Program-made: the position numbers and the translations under genes | Source of the DNA: Candidatus Micrarchaeia archaeon | GTDB taxonomy: Archaea; Micrarchaeota; Micrarchaeia; CABMEP01 | DNA length: 27,773 nt | Direction of reading: 5' to 3' | Assembly (NCBI GenBank): GCA_038886535.1 | Contig: JAVZXS010000008.1 | Span: 1-27,773 of the forward strand | Notes under the pieces: model-generated | Databases searched by the model: none | The model's input: the letters and a program-made list of their open reading frames with translations, nothing else | Told to the model about the DNA's origin: nothing | Part shown: piece after piece, positions 8,232-18,097 of the stretch | How positions within the stretch are numbered: position 1 is the stretch's first letter | Layout: every line of letters begins with the position of its first letter

Positions 8232-8707
8232 TTTTCACCCCTCTTACATATTTTATCTATGAGAAAACTTTCAAATCTTTTAATTGCTTCTTCATATTCT
8301 TGTTTTGTTTCTTTACTAATGAAATTTTCATAAGGAACGCCATCTTTTTTTATGTTTTCTATTACTTTTTTAAAAATTTCATATGTTTTGTTAGTAAAAA
8401 TATCAAATAAAGTTAAAGTAAATTCTTTATAAACTCCACCTATAAAACCATCTCTGTTTATCTGATTTCTTATTTTACTAACTTCTCCAAAATCTCCAGT
8501 TTTATATAAAAAAACAAAAAAAATAAGTTCGTCTTCATCTTTCTCAAAAGTTTCTAATCTGTTATTGAAAAAAGTAAACAACTCCCACATTAATTCTTCG
8601 TTATTTGTTTCTTTCGCTTTCACAAAATCATTAAAAAAATCGCTTGGCCATATTTTTTTTGCTACTATTTCTGATATTTTTTCTATTGCAAATTCTTTTT
8701 CTGTCAT
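8228..8707 (-). CDS. Hypothetical protein
   Basis: 159 aa; SD AAGGAGGG. Confidence 0.75.
   Translation of the reverse strand: MTEKEFAIEKISEIVAKKIWPSDFFNDFVKAKETNNEELMWELFTFFNNRLETFEKDEDELIFFVFLYKTGDFGEVSKIRNQINRDGFIGGVYKEFTLTLFDIFTNKTYEIFKKVIENIKKDGVPYENFISKETKQEYEEAIKRFESFLIDKICKRGEK
8256..8293. repeat. 38-bp exact direct repeat, copy 1 (copy 2 at 9434-9471)
   Basis: tctatgagaaaactttcaaatcttttaattgcttcttc. Confidence 0.9.
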
Positions 8708-8781
8708 TTTTCCCTCCTTTTTTATTCACTTTTTTTCTATTTTTTAAAAAATTAACAAATTCTTTGTCTATTAAAACCTGT

Positions 8782-9357
8782 TCATTTTCTCACCTCCTTT
8801 CTTTGATTATTTATTTTCTTAATTATGTCTTCTATTCTTTCTATGCGTGGTTCAATTTTAACCCCGCATAGAACTTTTTCGTCATACTTCCCTCCCTTCT
8901 CTGGGTGGACGAAATGTTTGAATGCATATGATGCGTTGCAGGCCAACACAAACCCCAGAGTGTCATACTCTGGGGTTAAAATTATATTTTTTCTCAAGAT
9001 CCGTTTCTCTATTACAATGTTAAATGAATCATAGTAATAGTAAATCTGTGCAACCATCTTTCCTAACAAGGAAGAATATACTAACTTCTCGCAACTAGAG
9101 TTGAAGAAATGCCCCTCATTGTCGACATCTTTTATTCTTACTACCCACCAGTTAAGTGGGTAATTTGGACCCCAAAGCACTCCCACTCCTTCAGGAATAC
9201 ATGGGTTCAAATCATACTTTCCAGGGCCGGGACAATATGTCCCGATTACCCCTTTAAAGACCCATTCCACCCCTACTTTGGGGGCTTGGGCCTTGAGAAG
9301 AACTATTTCATCTGAAATGTAATGGTCTTGTCTGAGTTGTATTTTTTCATATTTCAT
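8782..9357 (-). CDS. Hypothetical protein preceded by a pseudoknot element
   Basis: 191 aa, SD AAGGAGG, 5' half visibly more GC-rich than the flanks. Confidence 0.75.
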   Translation of the reverse strand: MKYEKIQLRQDHYISDEIVLLKAQAPKVGVEWVFKGVIGTYCPGPGKYDLNPCIPEGVGVLWGPNYPLNWWVVRIKDVDNEGHFFNSSCEKLVYSSLLGKMVAQIYYYYDSFNIVIEKRILRKNIILTPEYDTLGFVLACNASYAFKHFVHPEKGGKYDEKVLCGVKIEPRIERIEDIIKKINNQRKEVRK

Positions 9358-9371
9358 TTCTTCCTCCTTTT

Positions 9372-9417
9372 GGGAGCATTTTTCCCCTCTCCCTACCGTG
9401 CTCCCGTTCGGTAGAGA
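9372..9417 (-). promoter_or_regulatory. SD-proximal H-type pseudoknot element, copy 1
   Basis: TCTCTACCG-AAC-GGGAGCA-CGGTAGGGA-linker-TGCTCCC-AAAAGGAGG. Confidence 0.8.
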
Positions 9418-9433
9418 TATTTACTTTTTACTT

Positions 9434-9471
9434 TCTATGAGAAAACTTTCAAATCTTTTAATTGCTTCTTC
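9434..9471. repeat. 38-bp exact direct repeat, copy 2 (gene-end remnant)
   Basis: Identical to 8256-8293; on the minus strand encodes EEAIKRFESFLI, the near-C-terminal segment of 8228..8707. Confidence 0.9.
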
Positions 9472-9491
9472 TTTACCTCCTTTTTATATAT

Positions 9492-9520
9492 ATTATACCC
9501 TATTTTTGCCAATCTGTCAA
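9492..9520 (-). promoter_or_regulatory. Perfect-consensus sigma70 promoter
   Basis: TTGACA (9520-9515), 17 nt, TATAAT (9497-9492). Confidence 0.85.
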
Positions 9521-9628
9521 GAGATGATAAATAGCATATAATATCATCATAAAAATCACTTAATATAAAAATAAAAAACAAAAGGGACGAAATAATTGGA
9601 AATACGGGCGAAGTAAAAAACAAGTGGA

Positions 9629-10615
9629 TTAAGAAGACACAAGTTTCAGAATTTTTTCTTTATATTCTTCTGTCATTCCTACTTGTTTCAGTGTTTTGAT
9701 AAGTGTTTCTATTTCTTTCAATATGCTTTCTTTACTATGTATTCTATTTTTGTATTCAGTTTCTGTTAAAGTTAAAAACAAATTACTGAATACATAGTAT
9801 AAAATCTGTGTTTGCTGTATTCTCTTTAAAATAAACTGATGAGTCAAACTTGTAATTGTAGCATATCTAATCTCTTGTGTATGTTCTGTTGTTTCTCCTA
9901 TAACTTTTTTCTTCCAAATTGGATTGCTTTGTTCTTCTTCCAAAATAACATTGTCTATGCTTTTATCAATTTTAAATCCTACAATGCTTAATAACGATTT
10001 TGCACCTGTTTCCCATTCCTGTGGTGCTTTTCTTATATTGATGTAATAATGTTTGTTTTCTTGATTATAAACAATTGATACTATTCCAATCCCTATTCTA
10101 ACGTCTTTGCTTAATTTACCAGTTTTTCTTTTATCATATACATTAATACTCCCCTCAACCAAAGAAGTAGTAGGTCTATATTGTAAAAAGTGATAATTTT
10201 CAGTTATTTCTATATGGTCAGGTTTGGTAAGATATGTATAACAAACTCCTTCCCATACAGATATTGCTTTTGTTCCTTGTCCAATTGTAAATATTGCCCT
10301 TGGCCCTTCTGAAAGTGATAAAAAATGCTGGCAAAAATCCTGTTTAGTAAAGTTGTTTTCTGTAAAACAGAAAGGACAGGTTATTTTATCTTCTTGTAAT
10401 GAGAAATAAGTCAACAAACCTCCTTCTTCAACATTCGCTATGTATAAGTTTTCTAAATCAACGTCTCCAAAAATTTCTTTACTTTTTTTACTCGCCAAAA
10501 TTTTCCCTGAATTAATATCAAATATTTCGTAGATATCTTTTTTTTCTATGTCTTTTTTAACTATTATTTCTTTTTGATACTTTTCGTCTTTTCTGTTTTT
10601 CACTATTATTTTCAT
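9629..10615 (-). CDS. Hypothetical protein with possible Zn site (CPFC...FCQH)
   Basis: 328-aa ORF at the end of the transfer operon. Confidence 0.7.
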   Translation of the reverse strand: MKIIVKNRKDEKYQKEIIVKKDIEKKDIYEIFDINSGKILASKKSKEIFGDVDLENLYIANVEEGGLLTYFSLQEDKITCPFCFTENNFTKQDFCQHFLSLSEGPRAIFTIGQGTKAISVWEGVCYTYLTKPDHIEITENYHFLQYRPTTSLVEGSINVYDKRKTGKLSKDVRIGIGIVSIVYNQENKHYYINIRKAPQEWETGAKSLLSIVGFKIDKSIDNVILEEEQSNPIWKKKVIGETTEHTQEIRYATITSLTHQFILKRIQQTQILYYVFSNLFLTLTETEYKNRIHSKESILKEIETLIKTLKQVGMTEEYKEKILKLVSS

Positions 10616-10964
10616 TTTCTTTCTCCTTGTTAAGTTTTTTGATTGCCCAGTTTAGTAAAATTTCTGCCTGTTTGGGTAAGTTAGGTGGAATTAAAAGTTT
10701 TAAAGTTTCCTCATCAATTATTTCTATTCTTAAAGCACCGTAATAATAGTGTGTTTTTTTTAATCTAAATCCCAGAATGTATCTGCCGAGAGTGTCTATT
10801 ACTGCCCTATAAGGTATTGTTTGAACAGGAATATAATAATAAGGGTGCTTCATAATGACATTTTTAAAAGCAAAATAAAACTTCTCTGGGGATTTAAACT
10901 TTACTTGTGCGAAAAACTTTCTTTCATTATCAATCTTGGGTAGAGGCAACCTTAATATTTCCAT
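10557..10964 (-). CDS. Hypothetical protein
   Basis: 135 aa, SD AAGGAG, overlaps neighbours in the operon. Confidence 0.6.
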   Translation of the reverse strand: MEILRLPLPKIDNERKFFAQVKFKSPEKFYFAFKNVIMKHPYYYIPVQTIPYRAVIDTLGRYILGFRLKKTHYYYGALRIEIIDEETLKLLIPPNLPKQAEILLNWAIKKLNKEKENENNSEKQKRRKVSKRNNS

Positions 10965-11886
10965 TTGGCATCTCCTTCTTTATTTCATAACTTACTTTTT
11001 CTTGAGAAAAAACAACTTTACATTCTGGGTATTTCTGTTTGATTTTGTTTTGATATTTTGTAGTAGTGATTATTGCTTTAATTGTTTTTTCTGCATTGTC
11101 AAACTCTATCTTGTCTATATTGCAATCTGGTATGCTTCTTGTAAAACTCATAATTTCTTGCACAAAATCAAAAAAAGATTGTGAAAAGTCAATTTCTTTT
11201 ATTCTGTCAAGATATCTATTTGAGATTATCTTTTGTCTTTTCAGCCCAAGTTGTAAGTATTCGCTCTGCACTTTTGAGTATTCTTTATCTATGTTCTGTT
11301 TCTCAAAAAATGAGACAACTAAAAAATATAAACCAAGAATAATTAACGCAAGGTTAATAGATAAGACAATTTTTCTTTGTTGAATATTTTTGATTTTTTC
11401 TCTATATTGCAAAATTTCAGGCAGTAAAAACTCTACTTTTGTATCCCAGTGAATTTTTGCGTCTTGTATCTCTTTTATATTTTCTACTCCAAGGGTATTT
11501 TTCATAATCTGTAGAACCATCTCTTTTTGTTTCTCAAAATCCACGCTTTTTACTCTTGCTGGTTGTGTAATTCTTGTAGGGCTATATCCTGAAAAAATGA
11601 CTTCATCTCCTTCGCTATCAAACAAGACAAAAAATTTCTCACTAATAGAATGTAATACGCAACTTTGGTATGGAACTATTTTGTATCTTTCGTAATTTTC
11701 TATTTCTTTTATTTCCCGTAAGATATCTGCTGGTAATTCATATAGTATTATTCCTGTGTCTGTCTTTTCGTATGCGTAAATGCTTCCTTGAGTTCTTGCT
11801 ATCGTTTCAATCGCTTTTTCATCTGAAATAAACTTACATAATGCAAAGACGCAAATATTCTGCCCTCTGATAACATACCTTTTCAT
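10930..11886 (-). CDS. Bitopic membrane protein, possible type IV pilus/T2SS alignment component
   Basis: Cytoplasmic N-domain, one TM (IVLSINLALIILGLYFLVVSFF), coiled coil, small periplasmic domain; follows the secretin. Confidence 0.5.
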   Translation of the reverse strand: MKRYVIRGQNICVFALCKFISDEKAIETIARTQGSIYAYEKTDTGIILYELPADILREIKEIENYERYKIVPYQSCVLHSISEKFFVLFDSEGDEVIFSGYSPTRITQPARVKSVDFEKQKEMVLQIMKNTLGVENIKEIQDAKIHWDTKVEFLLPEILQYREKIKNIQQRKIVLSINLALIILGLYFLVVSFFEKQNIDKEYSKVQSEYLQLGLKRQKIISNRYLDRIKEIDFSQSFFDFVQEIMSFTRSIPDCNIDKIEFDNAEKTIKAIITTTKYQNKIKQKYPECKVVFSQEKVSYEIKKEMPNGNIKVASTQD

Positions 11887-13544
11887 TTCACTTCCTCCAC
11901 GCTTAATAATACAACAAGTTCGCTCTTTGTCTTTGCTTTAACTTTTTGAGAGAAGAAATATTTCAAAACAGGGACTTTTCCTAAAAAAGGAGTTCTTTGC
12001 TCCTTCATATTTGTTGTTTCTTTCATCAATCCCCCTAAAATTATCGTATCTCCTTTTTGCACTATTACAGAGGTATTCAATGCTCTCGTGTTAACATCTG
12101 GTGCTTCAATTTTTCCTCCTCCTGCAACAGGTATACTTCTTATTTCTGCAACTTCTTTTAAGGTAGGCATAAGCGAGATATAAATTTTCCCGTCATCGTT
12201 TATTTTAGGAATAAGCCCAAGAGTAAGTCCTTCTGTAATTTGGCTTGTTCCATATCCTGTAAGTAGTCCTAATTGTGTAGTTTCTTGCGTAATATTTGAA
12301 ATATAATTTTTAACAGCACCGACTTGTATACTCGCAGGTTGTGTATTCAAAACAGCAATAGAAGGTTGTGAAATTATTTTAACATTTCCAAACTCTTCAA
12401 GTAATTTCAATATAATCTGTGCCCCTTTTTCTGTTGTTCCAGCGTTTGCACTTCCTGTTGACCTGAATATGTAAGTATTTCCTTGTTCTACAAGAAAAAA
12501 AGATGAACTTAAACTATGTTTTAAATTAGAAGATAACCAGTCCCAGTTAATACCTTGTGAATATTTTTCTGTTAAATCAACTTCTACTATTTTTACTCGT
12601 AGATATACTTGCTTTGCAAATTCTTTATTGATTTCAGTTAATACTTTTTCTGCTTGATTAAGGTTTTCTGCATAGTCAGTTATAGTAATTATTCCTGTGT
12701 TTTTGTTTATTCCGTATTTGCCCTCTTTTGATAAAACCGCTTTTAAACTCTTTTCAATCTCATCATATACTTTCATCTCTTCTATCTTAATCTCTACTTT
12801 CGTGTTAGGACCTGCTTCTGAAGAACTCGTTGTAGTAGCCGTTGTATTTGCACTTTCAGTTATTGATTGTGTCCCTCCAAATCCAGATGTGCTTATAGAA
12901 GAAGAGAAAGAATGAGATATTGAAGGAAGAACAATTTTGAAAAGTTTTGTTCCAAAGGAATAGATATAGATTTTACCATCTTTGTATGAATAGGTTGCTT
13001 TTGCTTGTGTTGTTATATCATCTAAAACATTAGAAAGTTTTGATTTTTCAGCAAAACAAGAAATTTTTACATCTTGCACATCATTTGAAAGAATAAACTT
13101 TAATCCATATTCTATTGCCAGTTGTCCAAGTGCTACTTTAATAGGTAAATCATAAAAGGCAACTGAAACTTCTTTATCTAACTCGTCTGGGATTGTGTCT
13201 ATCACTATTTTTTCTTTTTTAATTTCTTGTTCTTTCTTTGTCTCTTGTAATTTTTCTGTTTCCTCTGTTTGTGGTTTTAATATTGATTGTTTTTCTTCTG
13301 TTATTGTTTGCTTTTGTTCTGCTGTTGATTGCTTCTGTTCTGCTATTACATATTCTGCTGGTTTTATAATTACTAACTGCTTATGTTTTGGGACATAAAA
13401 TCCGTTAACGATACCACTTGGCACTTCTATTTCGCATACAAGAGGTTGATAATAAAGATACTCTGGCAATTCGCTTTTTAAAAAATATGGTTTTTGTGCA
13501 TAAAGCATGCTTATCAAAAAAATAAAAACAACACATTTTCTCAT
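11883..13544 (-). CDS. Secretin (PilN/MshL/GspD-like outer-membrane channel)
   Basis: QVYLRVKIVEV, GINW, ISQPSIAVLNTQPASIQVG, GDTIILGGL, PFLGKVPVLKYFF, KSELVVLL. Confidence 0.92.
   Translation of the reverse strand: MRKCVVFIFLISMLYAQKPYFLKSELPEYLYYQPLVCEIEVPSGIVNGFYVPKHKQLVIIKPAEYVIAEQKQSTAEQKQTITEEKQSILKPQTEETEKLQETKKEQEIKKEKIVIDTIPDELDKEVSVAFYDLPIKVALGQLAIEYGLKFILSNDVQDVKISCFAEKSKLSNVLDDITTQAKATYSYKDGKIYIYSFGTKLFKIVLPSISHSFSSSISTSGFGGTQSITESANTTATTTSSSEAGPNTKVEIKIEEMKVYDEIEKSLKAVLSKEGKYGINKNTGIITITDYAENLNQAEKVLTEINKEFAKQVYLRVKIVEVDLTEKYSQGINWDWLSSNLKHSLSSSFFLVEQGNTYIFRSTGSANAGTTEKGAQIILKLLEEFGNVKIISQPSIAVLNTQPASIQVGAVKNYISNITQETTQLGLLTGYGTSQITEGLTLGLIPKINDDGKIYISLMPTLKEVAEIRSIPVAGGGKIEAPDVNTRALNTSVIVQKGDTIILGGLMKETTNMKEQRTPFLGKVPVLKYFFSQKVKAKTKSELVVLLSVEEVK
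13282..13344 (-). repeat. 3 x 21-bp imperfect coding repeat in the secretin N-terminal linker
   Basis: AEQKQST AEQKQTI TEEKQSI. Confidence 0.6.
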
Positions 13545-15955
13545 TTTGCCTCCTTGTTAATAATATGGGTAATTGCTGTTTCTATATCACAATTGTATAA
13601 TTGTTGTATCTCTTTTATTTTTTGTAAATCTTTTGGGTCAGTAGTAAATAACCAGTATTCAAAAGGAGAGGGGATTAGTCGTATTACTCCTTTTTTCTCT
13701 TCAAGTTTAACATACACTTCTGAATATTTCCCTTTTTGTGTTTTAATTGTTTTCAGTATATCCATTTCTGTATCTTCTATTGAGAGTGTTTCTTTCATTC
13801 TACTGATTACCTCTGGGTTTTGTGCAAGGAAAAATCTGTTAACCGCATTTGCCAAGATTGTCTTGCCTGCAAAAGTCCTGATGAAATCTTCTGCCTGTTG
13901 TGTAATCGCTATAACTGAACATCTATATTTTCTGAAAGTTCTATATGCATTTTCTAAAAAGACAGCAGTGTTTTCTGTATTAAGCAAAGACCATGCTTCA
14001 TCAATAAGTAAAAATTTCCTCTTTTCTCTCTGAGTGGCAACAAACTCTGTCAGCATATACATTAAAGTCAAAAGTAAAACTACTTGTAAATCTTTCCAAA
14101 CGCCTACCGCTCCCATCTCAAACACAACAAAATTACTACCTATATCAAGTTGATTTATTCCGTCAAAAAACCCTGCGTATTGACCATTACCAACAAACGG
14201 AGCAAGTCGGAACGCTAATCTTTCTCCCTCTATAAAACTCATCTTTTCCTGTCTCATAATTTCTACAAGGTCAGACAAAGTATGTTCTTTTCCGTTTTTA
14301 GGGGGTTTGGTATACATAATTTCTATACATCTTTGTATAAAACTTTTTTCTTCTCTTCTTAATGCTTCTCTTTCTTCCCCGCCACTTGCCATTTCACTTA
14401 CAACTGCTACAAGAAAAGCAAGTTGTTCTGTTGAAAGTGAAGAGGTTTTAAAAATGTTAATACAAGTAGGTCTATCTAAAGAAATTTCCACATATTGCCC
14501 TTTAACTATCTCGCATAGTTTCTGATAACTTCCTCCTTTGTCAAAAATAAAGAAACTACTGCCAAGCCGTAAGTTCTGCATAATTAAATCATTAACAAAG
14601 AAAGATTTTCCTGCTCCTGTTATTCCAGATATGATTGCGTGAGGACTATTACTATCAAAAACATCAAAACTAACAACTTGTCCATGTCTATCAAGATATA
14701 ATTGTGCTGGTGTATTTGTCCCTTGGAAAAACCCGTAGAATGGAAGCACATCAGCAAGATTATCAGACACAAACTTAAAACATCTCTTTATAAATCTCTC
14801 ATTTGAAAAAGAAAAACCAAAAGGGCAACATCTTAAAAACATTCCAGGTCCTATTATCGTCTCTTCAAATCCTTCAAATCCTAAAAAATGCATACTATTT
14901 AGAACCTCGTCAACTATTGTTCTATTATCAACAGGGTGATAAATAATAAAATGTAATCCTGCGTTAACAATCTTCTTCCCTTCTGCATATATTTTTTCTA
15001 TTGTTTTTTCTGTTTCTCTTTGTATAACTTCGCTTTCTATGCTTCTTCCTCCGAAAAGGTTAAATCTATGCAAAAAAGCAAATGTGTTTTTAGTTTTTAT
15101 TGCTGTCATTTCTTTACTCTGCTGGTCTATATAAAAATTACAAACAAGCACAAATTTATCTGCCACATCTATAATAGGAAGTTTTCCTGAAAATAGAGTT
15201 AACATTCCCGGATAGGTAAATAATGGCAACGCTTTTAAGGACAATACTACTGCTTTGGTTTTATTAAATACCAATCCTGAATCTTCAAAGAAAATCTGCG
15301 TATATAAAATTTGTTCTCTAATTTCTTGATTAGGATTATAATGAGTAGCAATTTCTCTGTCAGGATTAAATATATTGCACAACAAAGAAGTTAATTCTTG
15401 TCCATTTAGTATTTTTGTTTTTATATGTGCATCTTGAAATAGTTTCTCAATACTATTTACTTTTGTAATCAGTTGTGTTTTCATTTCCCGATATTCTTTG
15501 TGATACATTGTCTTTTTCTCGGGTTCAATCTTTGCTGTGAAAAACAATCTAAACTTTCTTATTGAAAAGTCCTCTATTAAAGAATTCTTGTTAGTTGTGT
15601 AATATTTAATTTTCTCCTCTATTGTTCTTTTTGCAATAGAAGAATAGCCAAACTCCTTTTCTGTGTAATCCAAATATTTCTTAAATTCTGTTTCTACATT
15701 TGGAGAAGATAAAAGTATTGTCTGATAACAAAGCCCTTCGGGTAATCTTTTTAATAATGTCTCAAATTCAGAAGATATTTTTTCTAATGTTTGTTCTCCT
15801 TCAAATTCTGCCTGCCTAAAAGAAAGTTCCCATATCACCCCAAGAGAACCATCACAAAGCAAGAAAATATTATCTTCTTCATATAAATATGGCAAATACT
15901 CAACTAATCTTTCTCCTTCTTCGTATAGTTTTAAAAAATCACTCTGTCTCACCAT
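13541..15955 (-). CDS. traC: F-type T4SS VirB4-family ATPase TraC
   Basis: Walker A GITGAGKS, FDKGGSY, LIDEAW, RTFRKY, ITQ; 804 aa; position after traV. Confidence 0.93.
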   Translation of the reverse strand: MVRQSDFLKLYEEGERLVEYLPYLYEEDNIFLLCDGSLGVIWELSFRQAEFEGEQTLEKISSEFETLLKRLPEGLCYQTILLSSPNVETEFKKYLDYTEKEFGYSSIAKRTIEEKIKYYTTNKNSLIEDFSIRKFRLFFTAKIEPEKKTMYHKEYREMKTQLITKVNSIEKLFQDAHIKTKILNGQELTSLLCNIFNPDREIATHYNPNQEIREQILYTQIFFEDSGLVFNKTKAVVLSLKALPLFTYPGMLTLFSGKLPIIDVADKFVLVCNFYIDQQSKEMTAIKTKNTFAFLHRFNLFGGRSIESEVIQRETEKTIEKIYAEGKKIVNAGLHFIIYHPVDNRTIVDEVLNSMHFLGFEGFEETIIGPGMFLRCCPFGFSFSNERFIKRCFKFVSDNLADVLPFYGFFQGTNTPAQLYLDRHGQVVSFDVFDSNSPHAIISGITGAGKSFFVNDLIMQNLRLGSSFFIFDKGGSYQKLCEIVKGQYVEISLDRPTCINIFKTSSLSTEQLAFLVAVVSEMASGGEEREALRREEKSFIQRCIEIMYTKPPKNGKEHTLSDLVEIMRQEKMSFIEGERLAFRLAPFVGNGQYAGFFDGINQLDIGSNFVVFEMGAVGVWKDLQVVLLLTLMYMLTEFVATQREKRKFLLIDEAWSLLNTENTAVFLENAYRTFRKYRCSVIAITQQAEDFIRTFAGKTILANAVNRFFLAQNPEVISRMKETLSIEDTEMDILKTIKTQKGKYSEVYVKLEEKKGVIRLIPSPFEYWLFTTDPKDLQKIKEIQQLYNCDIETAITHIINKEAK

Positions 15956-16340
15956 ATTGTTCTCCTTGGCTTTTCGTTTCTTGTTTTTGTTCTTCTTTGT
16001 AAGGTATTATCACTTTTATATTTTCTTTTGCGCCATTTTCTTCTATATACCAACTTGGCTGTTTTGTAATTATATAAATCCAATACCCACCAACAAGATT
16101 TCCTTCTTCTGTAATATGTGGCAAAATCCAAACTCTTTTTATCTCTGGCGGATTGATAACTGGGTAATAACTTGGCATACTTTGAGGGATAGGCGTCGTT
16201 TTAATATCTTTAACTTCTTCCTTGGATACTGACTGACTTTTAAAATAGACCTTCTCCATTGGTGTTTTGTCTCCTTCTAATATTGCCCTACCACATCCAG
16301 AAAGAACTATCATACATAAAATAAGTTTTTTAAGTTTCAA
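15939..16340 (-). CDS. traV: TraV-like lipoprotein
   Basis: Lipobox VLSGC; P.I.RVWILP.....GNL......Y......W motif; lies between traB and traC. Confidence 0.8.
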   Translation of the reverse strand: MKLKKLILCMIVLSGCGRAILEGDKTPMEKVYFKSQSVSKEEVKDIKTTPIPQSMPSYYPVINPPEIKRVWILPHITEEGNLVGGYWIYIITKQPSWYIEENGAKENIKVIIPYKEEQKQETKSQGEQYGETE

Positions 16341-17430
16341 TCTCTACTCCTTGTTGAATTACAAGATACACTTTTTTCCCTTTTTCCACTTTTACTGCTG
16401 TTATAATTTCTTCAAGTTGTTTAGCATAATAATCTGAAAGTTTTTGAGAAGCAGAAGCAAGCCCAGAATAAAGCCCATATTTTGTTGCTGACCCAGTAAT
16501 AGCAGTAGTCACCCCAGAAGGAGTAGCAACCTGTGTAGTTTCTTTTAATGCAAATGCCTCTGACAGCCCAGACATAAACCCGGACATAAAACTACCTGCA
16601 AGTTCTTTCCCTACCCGTCTTATTACTTCTCCTTGCACTCCTAAAATTCCATCATCTCCTGCCACATATCCATTTATGTTCTTTTCTATTGCTCTACCAT
16701 CAGGGTAGATATAAGAAAAAGAAACAAGTTGAATAATTGCTCTTGAAGAATTTATATCAGCAACGCATTTCCCTATTGTAAACGCTCCTTTAAGTGGCAC
16801 TCTTGATAAGTTAGGTCCATAGAACGCTTCGTCTACTGCGATTAAGACAGGTAAAGGATTGCTTTTATCAGCAGGCGCAAACACACCTGTTAAAAGAGTT
16901 CCTTTAACAAATGCACCCGCTGGAAGAAACATTTTCTTTTTTTCTTTTGTTATAGGCATGTATGAAGATGTTTTTATTGTAGGTGGTGGTGGCAGAGGGG
17001 AAATTTGTTGTTCTTCTTTTGCTGGTAGATATTCACTTACTTTTTCTTCTATTCGTTTTAATGTTTCATCTGTCTTCTTTTGAAATTCCTCTTGCATTAC
17101 CCCAAAGCGCTGGTCTATATTCTTTTGTAGTTCTTTCATTCCCTCAATTTCTTTTTTAAGGTCTTCTATCTGTCTTTGTTGTTGCTCTATTATTGTTTGT
17201 AGGTTTTGTTGTCTTTCTTCTATTTTTTCAGTTGCTATCTCTGTCATAGGAACACCTAAAAGCCCAGAAGAAGGAGCAGTTATAGTTTCTTGCTGTTGCT
17301 GTTTTTGTGTAGTTTTGCTTCCTAATCTGCTGGTAAAGATAACAAAAATAATCCCAAAGAAAACAATTCCGAAAAATATTAAATTTTTCTGTCCTTTAAG
17401 TTGTTCTTTATTTATTTTTATTCTTGCCAT
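16330..17430 (-). CDS. traB: TraB (VirB10/TrbI-like)
   Basis: N-terminal TM, coiled coil, Pro-rich linker, LPAGAFVKGTLLTGVFAP, DGILGVQG. Confidence 0.88.
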   Translation of the reverse strand: MARIKINKEQLKGQKNLIFFGIVFFGIIFVIFTSRLGSKTTQKQQQQETITAPSSGLLGVPMTEIATEKIEERQQNLQTIIEQQQRQIEDLKKEIEGMKELQKNIDQRFGVMQEEFQKKTDETLKRIEEKVSEYLPAKEEQQISPLPPPPTIKTSSYMPITKEKKKMFLPAGAFVKGTLLTGVFAPADKSNPLPVLIAVDEAFYGPNLSRVPLKGAFTIGKCVADINSSRAIIQLVSFSYIYPDGRAIEKNINGYVAGDDGILGVQGEVIRRVGKELAGSFMSGFMSGLSEAFALKETTQVATPSGVTTAITGSATKYGLYSGLASASQKLSDYYAKQLEEIITAVKVEKGKKVYLVIQQGVEIET

Positions 17431-17431
17431 T

Positions 17432-18097
17432 TCAACTACCTTTGAATAATAAATACACTTTAGTTTTTTCTTTCGGTTTTAAAAACTCTTTGTCAACAGA
17501 AATAGCAACCAAAAGTGGTATGGAAATCTGGGTAATAGGTATAACTACTTCTGTTTTAGATATGTTTTCAATTTCTCCTACCACTCCTACAAAATTATTT
17601 GTAAATCTGAAAAGTTTATTCCCTCTTATTACAATGTTTTTATCTTTATAAAATTCCTGATTTATCTGTTCTTCTATTCCGTTTTGCACCTTTTCTGTTA
17701 ATAATTCTTTCAATGCTTGTTCCATTTGCGCCCATACACTCATTTTTGTTTTTATTTTCTCTCCTACAACTTTCAAAACAATGTCTGGATTATCAACAAC
17801 AATTTTCACCCGGATAGGATAACTTACTCCACTTTCCCCTATTACAAAAAAAGTGCCTTCCCACAAACCATTTAAAAGGAAGAATAATTTGTTTTCTATC
17901 ACATTATAACTTGCAGTCCCTTCAGGAAAAGATACTACGACATGTGCGATATTTTCAGGAAACTCTATTATGCTTTGTATATTTTGCTGAACAAAAAAAT
18001 CAATTATCTTCCCTTGTCTAAACATCTCTATCCTCTCGCTAAAAACAACACTTGCAAAAAACAAAAAACTAAATATTGCTTTCTGTAATTTCAACAT
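17432..18097 (-). CDS. traK: TraK-like core complex protein
   Basis: Signal peptide from M at 18097; C-terminal AISVDKEFLKPKEKTKVYL; position between traE and traB. Confidence 0.7.
   Translation of the reverse strand: MLKLQKAIFSFLFFASVVFSERIEMFRQGKIIDFFVQQNIQSIIEFPENIAHVVVSFPEGTASYNVIENKLFFLLNGLWEGTFFVIGESGVSYPIRVKIVVDNPDIVLKVVGEKIKTKMSVWAQMEQALKELLTEKVQNGIEEQINQEFYKDKNIVIRGNKLFRFTNNFVGVVGEIENISKTEVVIPITQISIPLLVAISVDKEFLKPKEKTKVYLLFKGS

Noticed and set aside
9435..9623. 62-aa minus-strand ORF
   Set aside because: Spans the consensus promoter and the repeat remnant; no credible start
13494..14033. 179-aa + strand ORF and similar short ORFs opposite tra genes
   Set aside because: Antisense to well-supported genes with no motifs of their own
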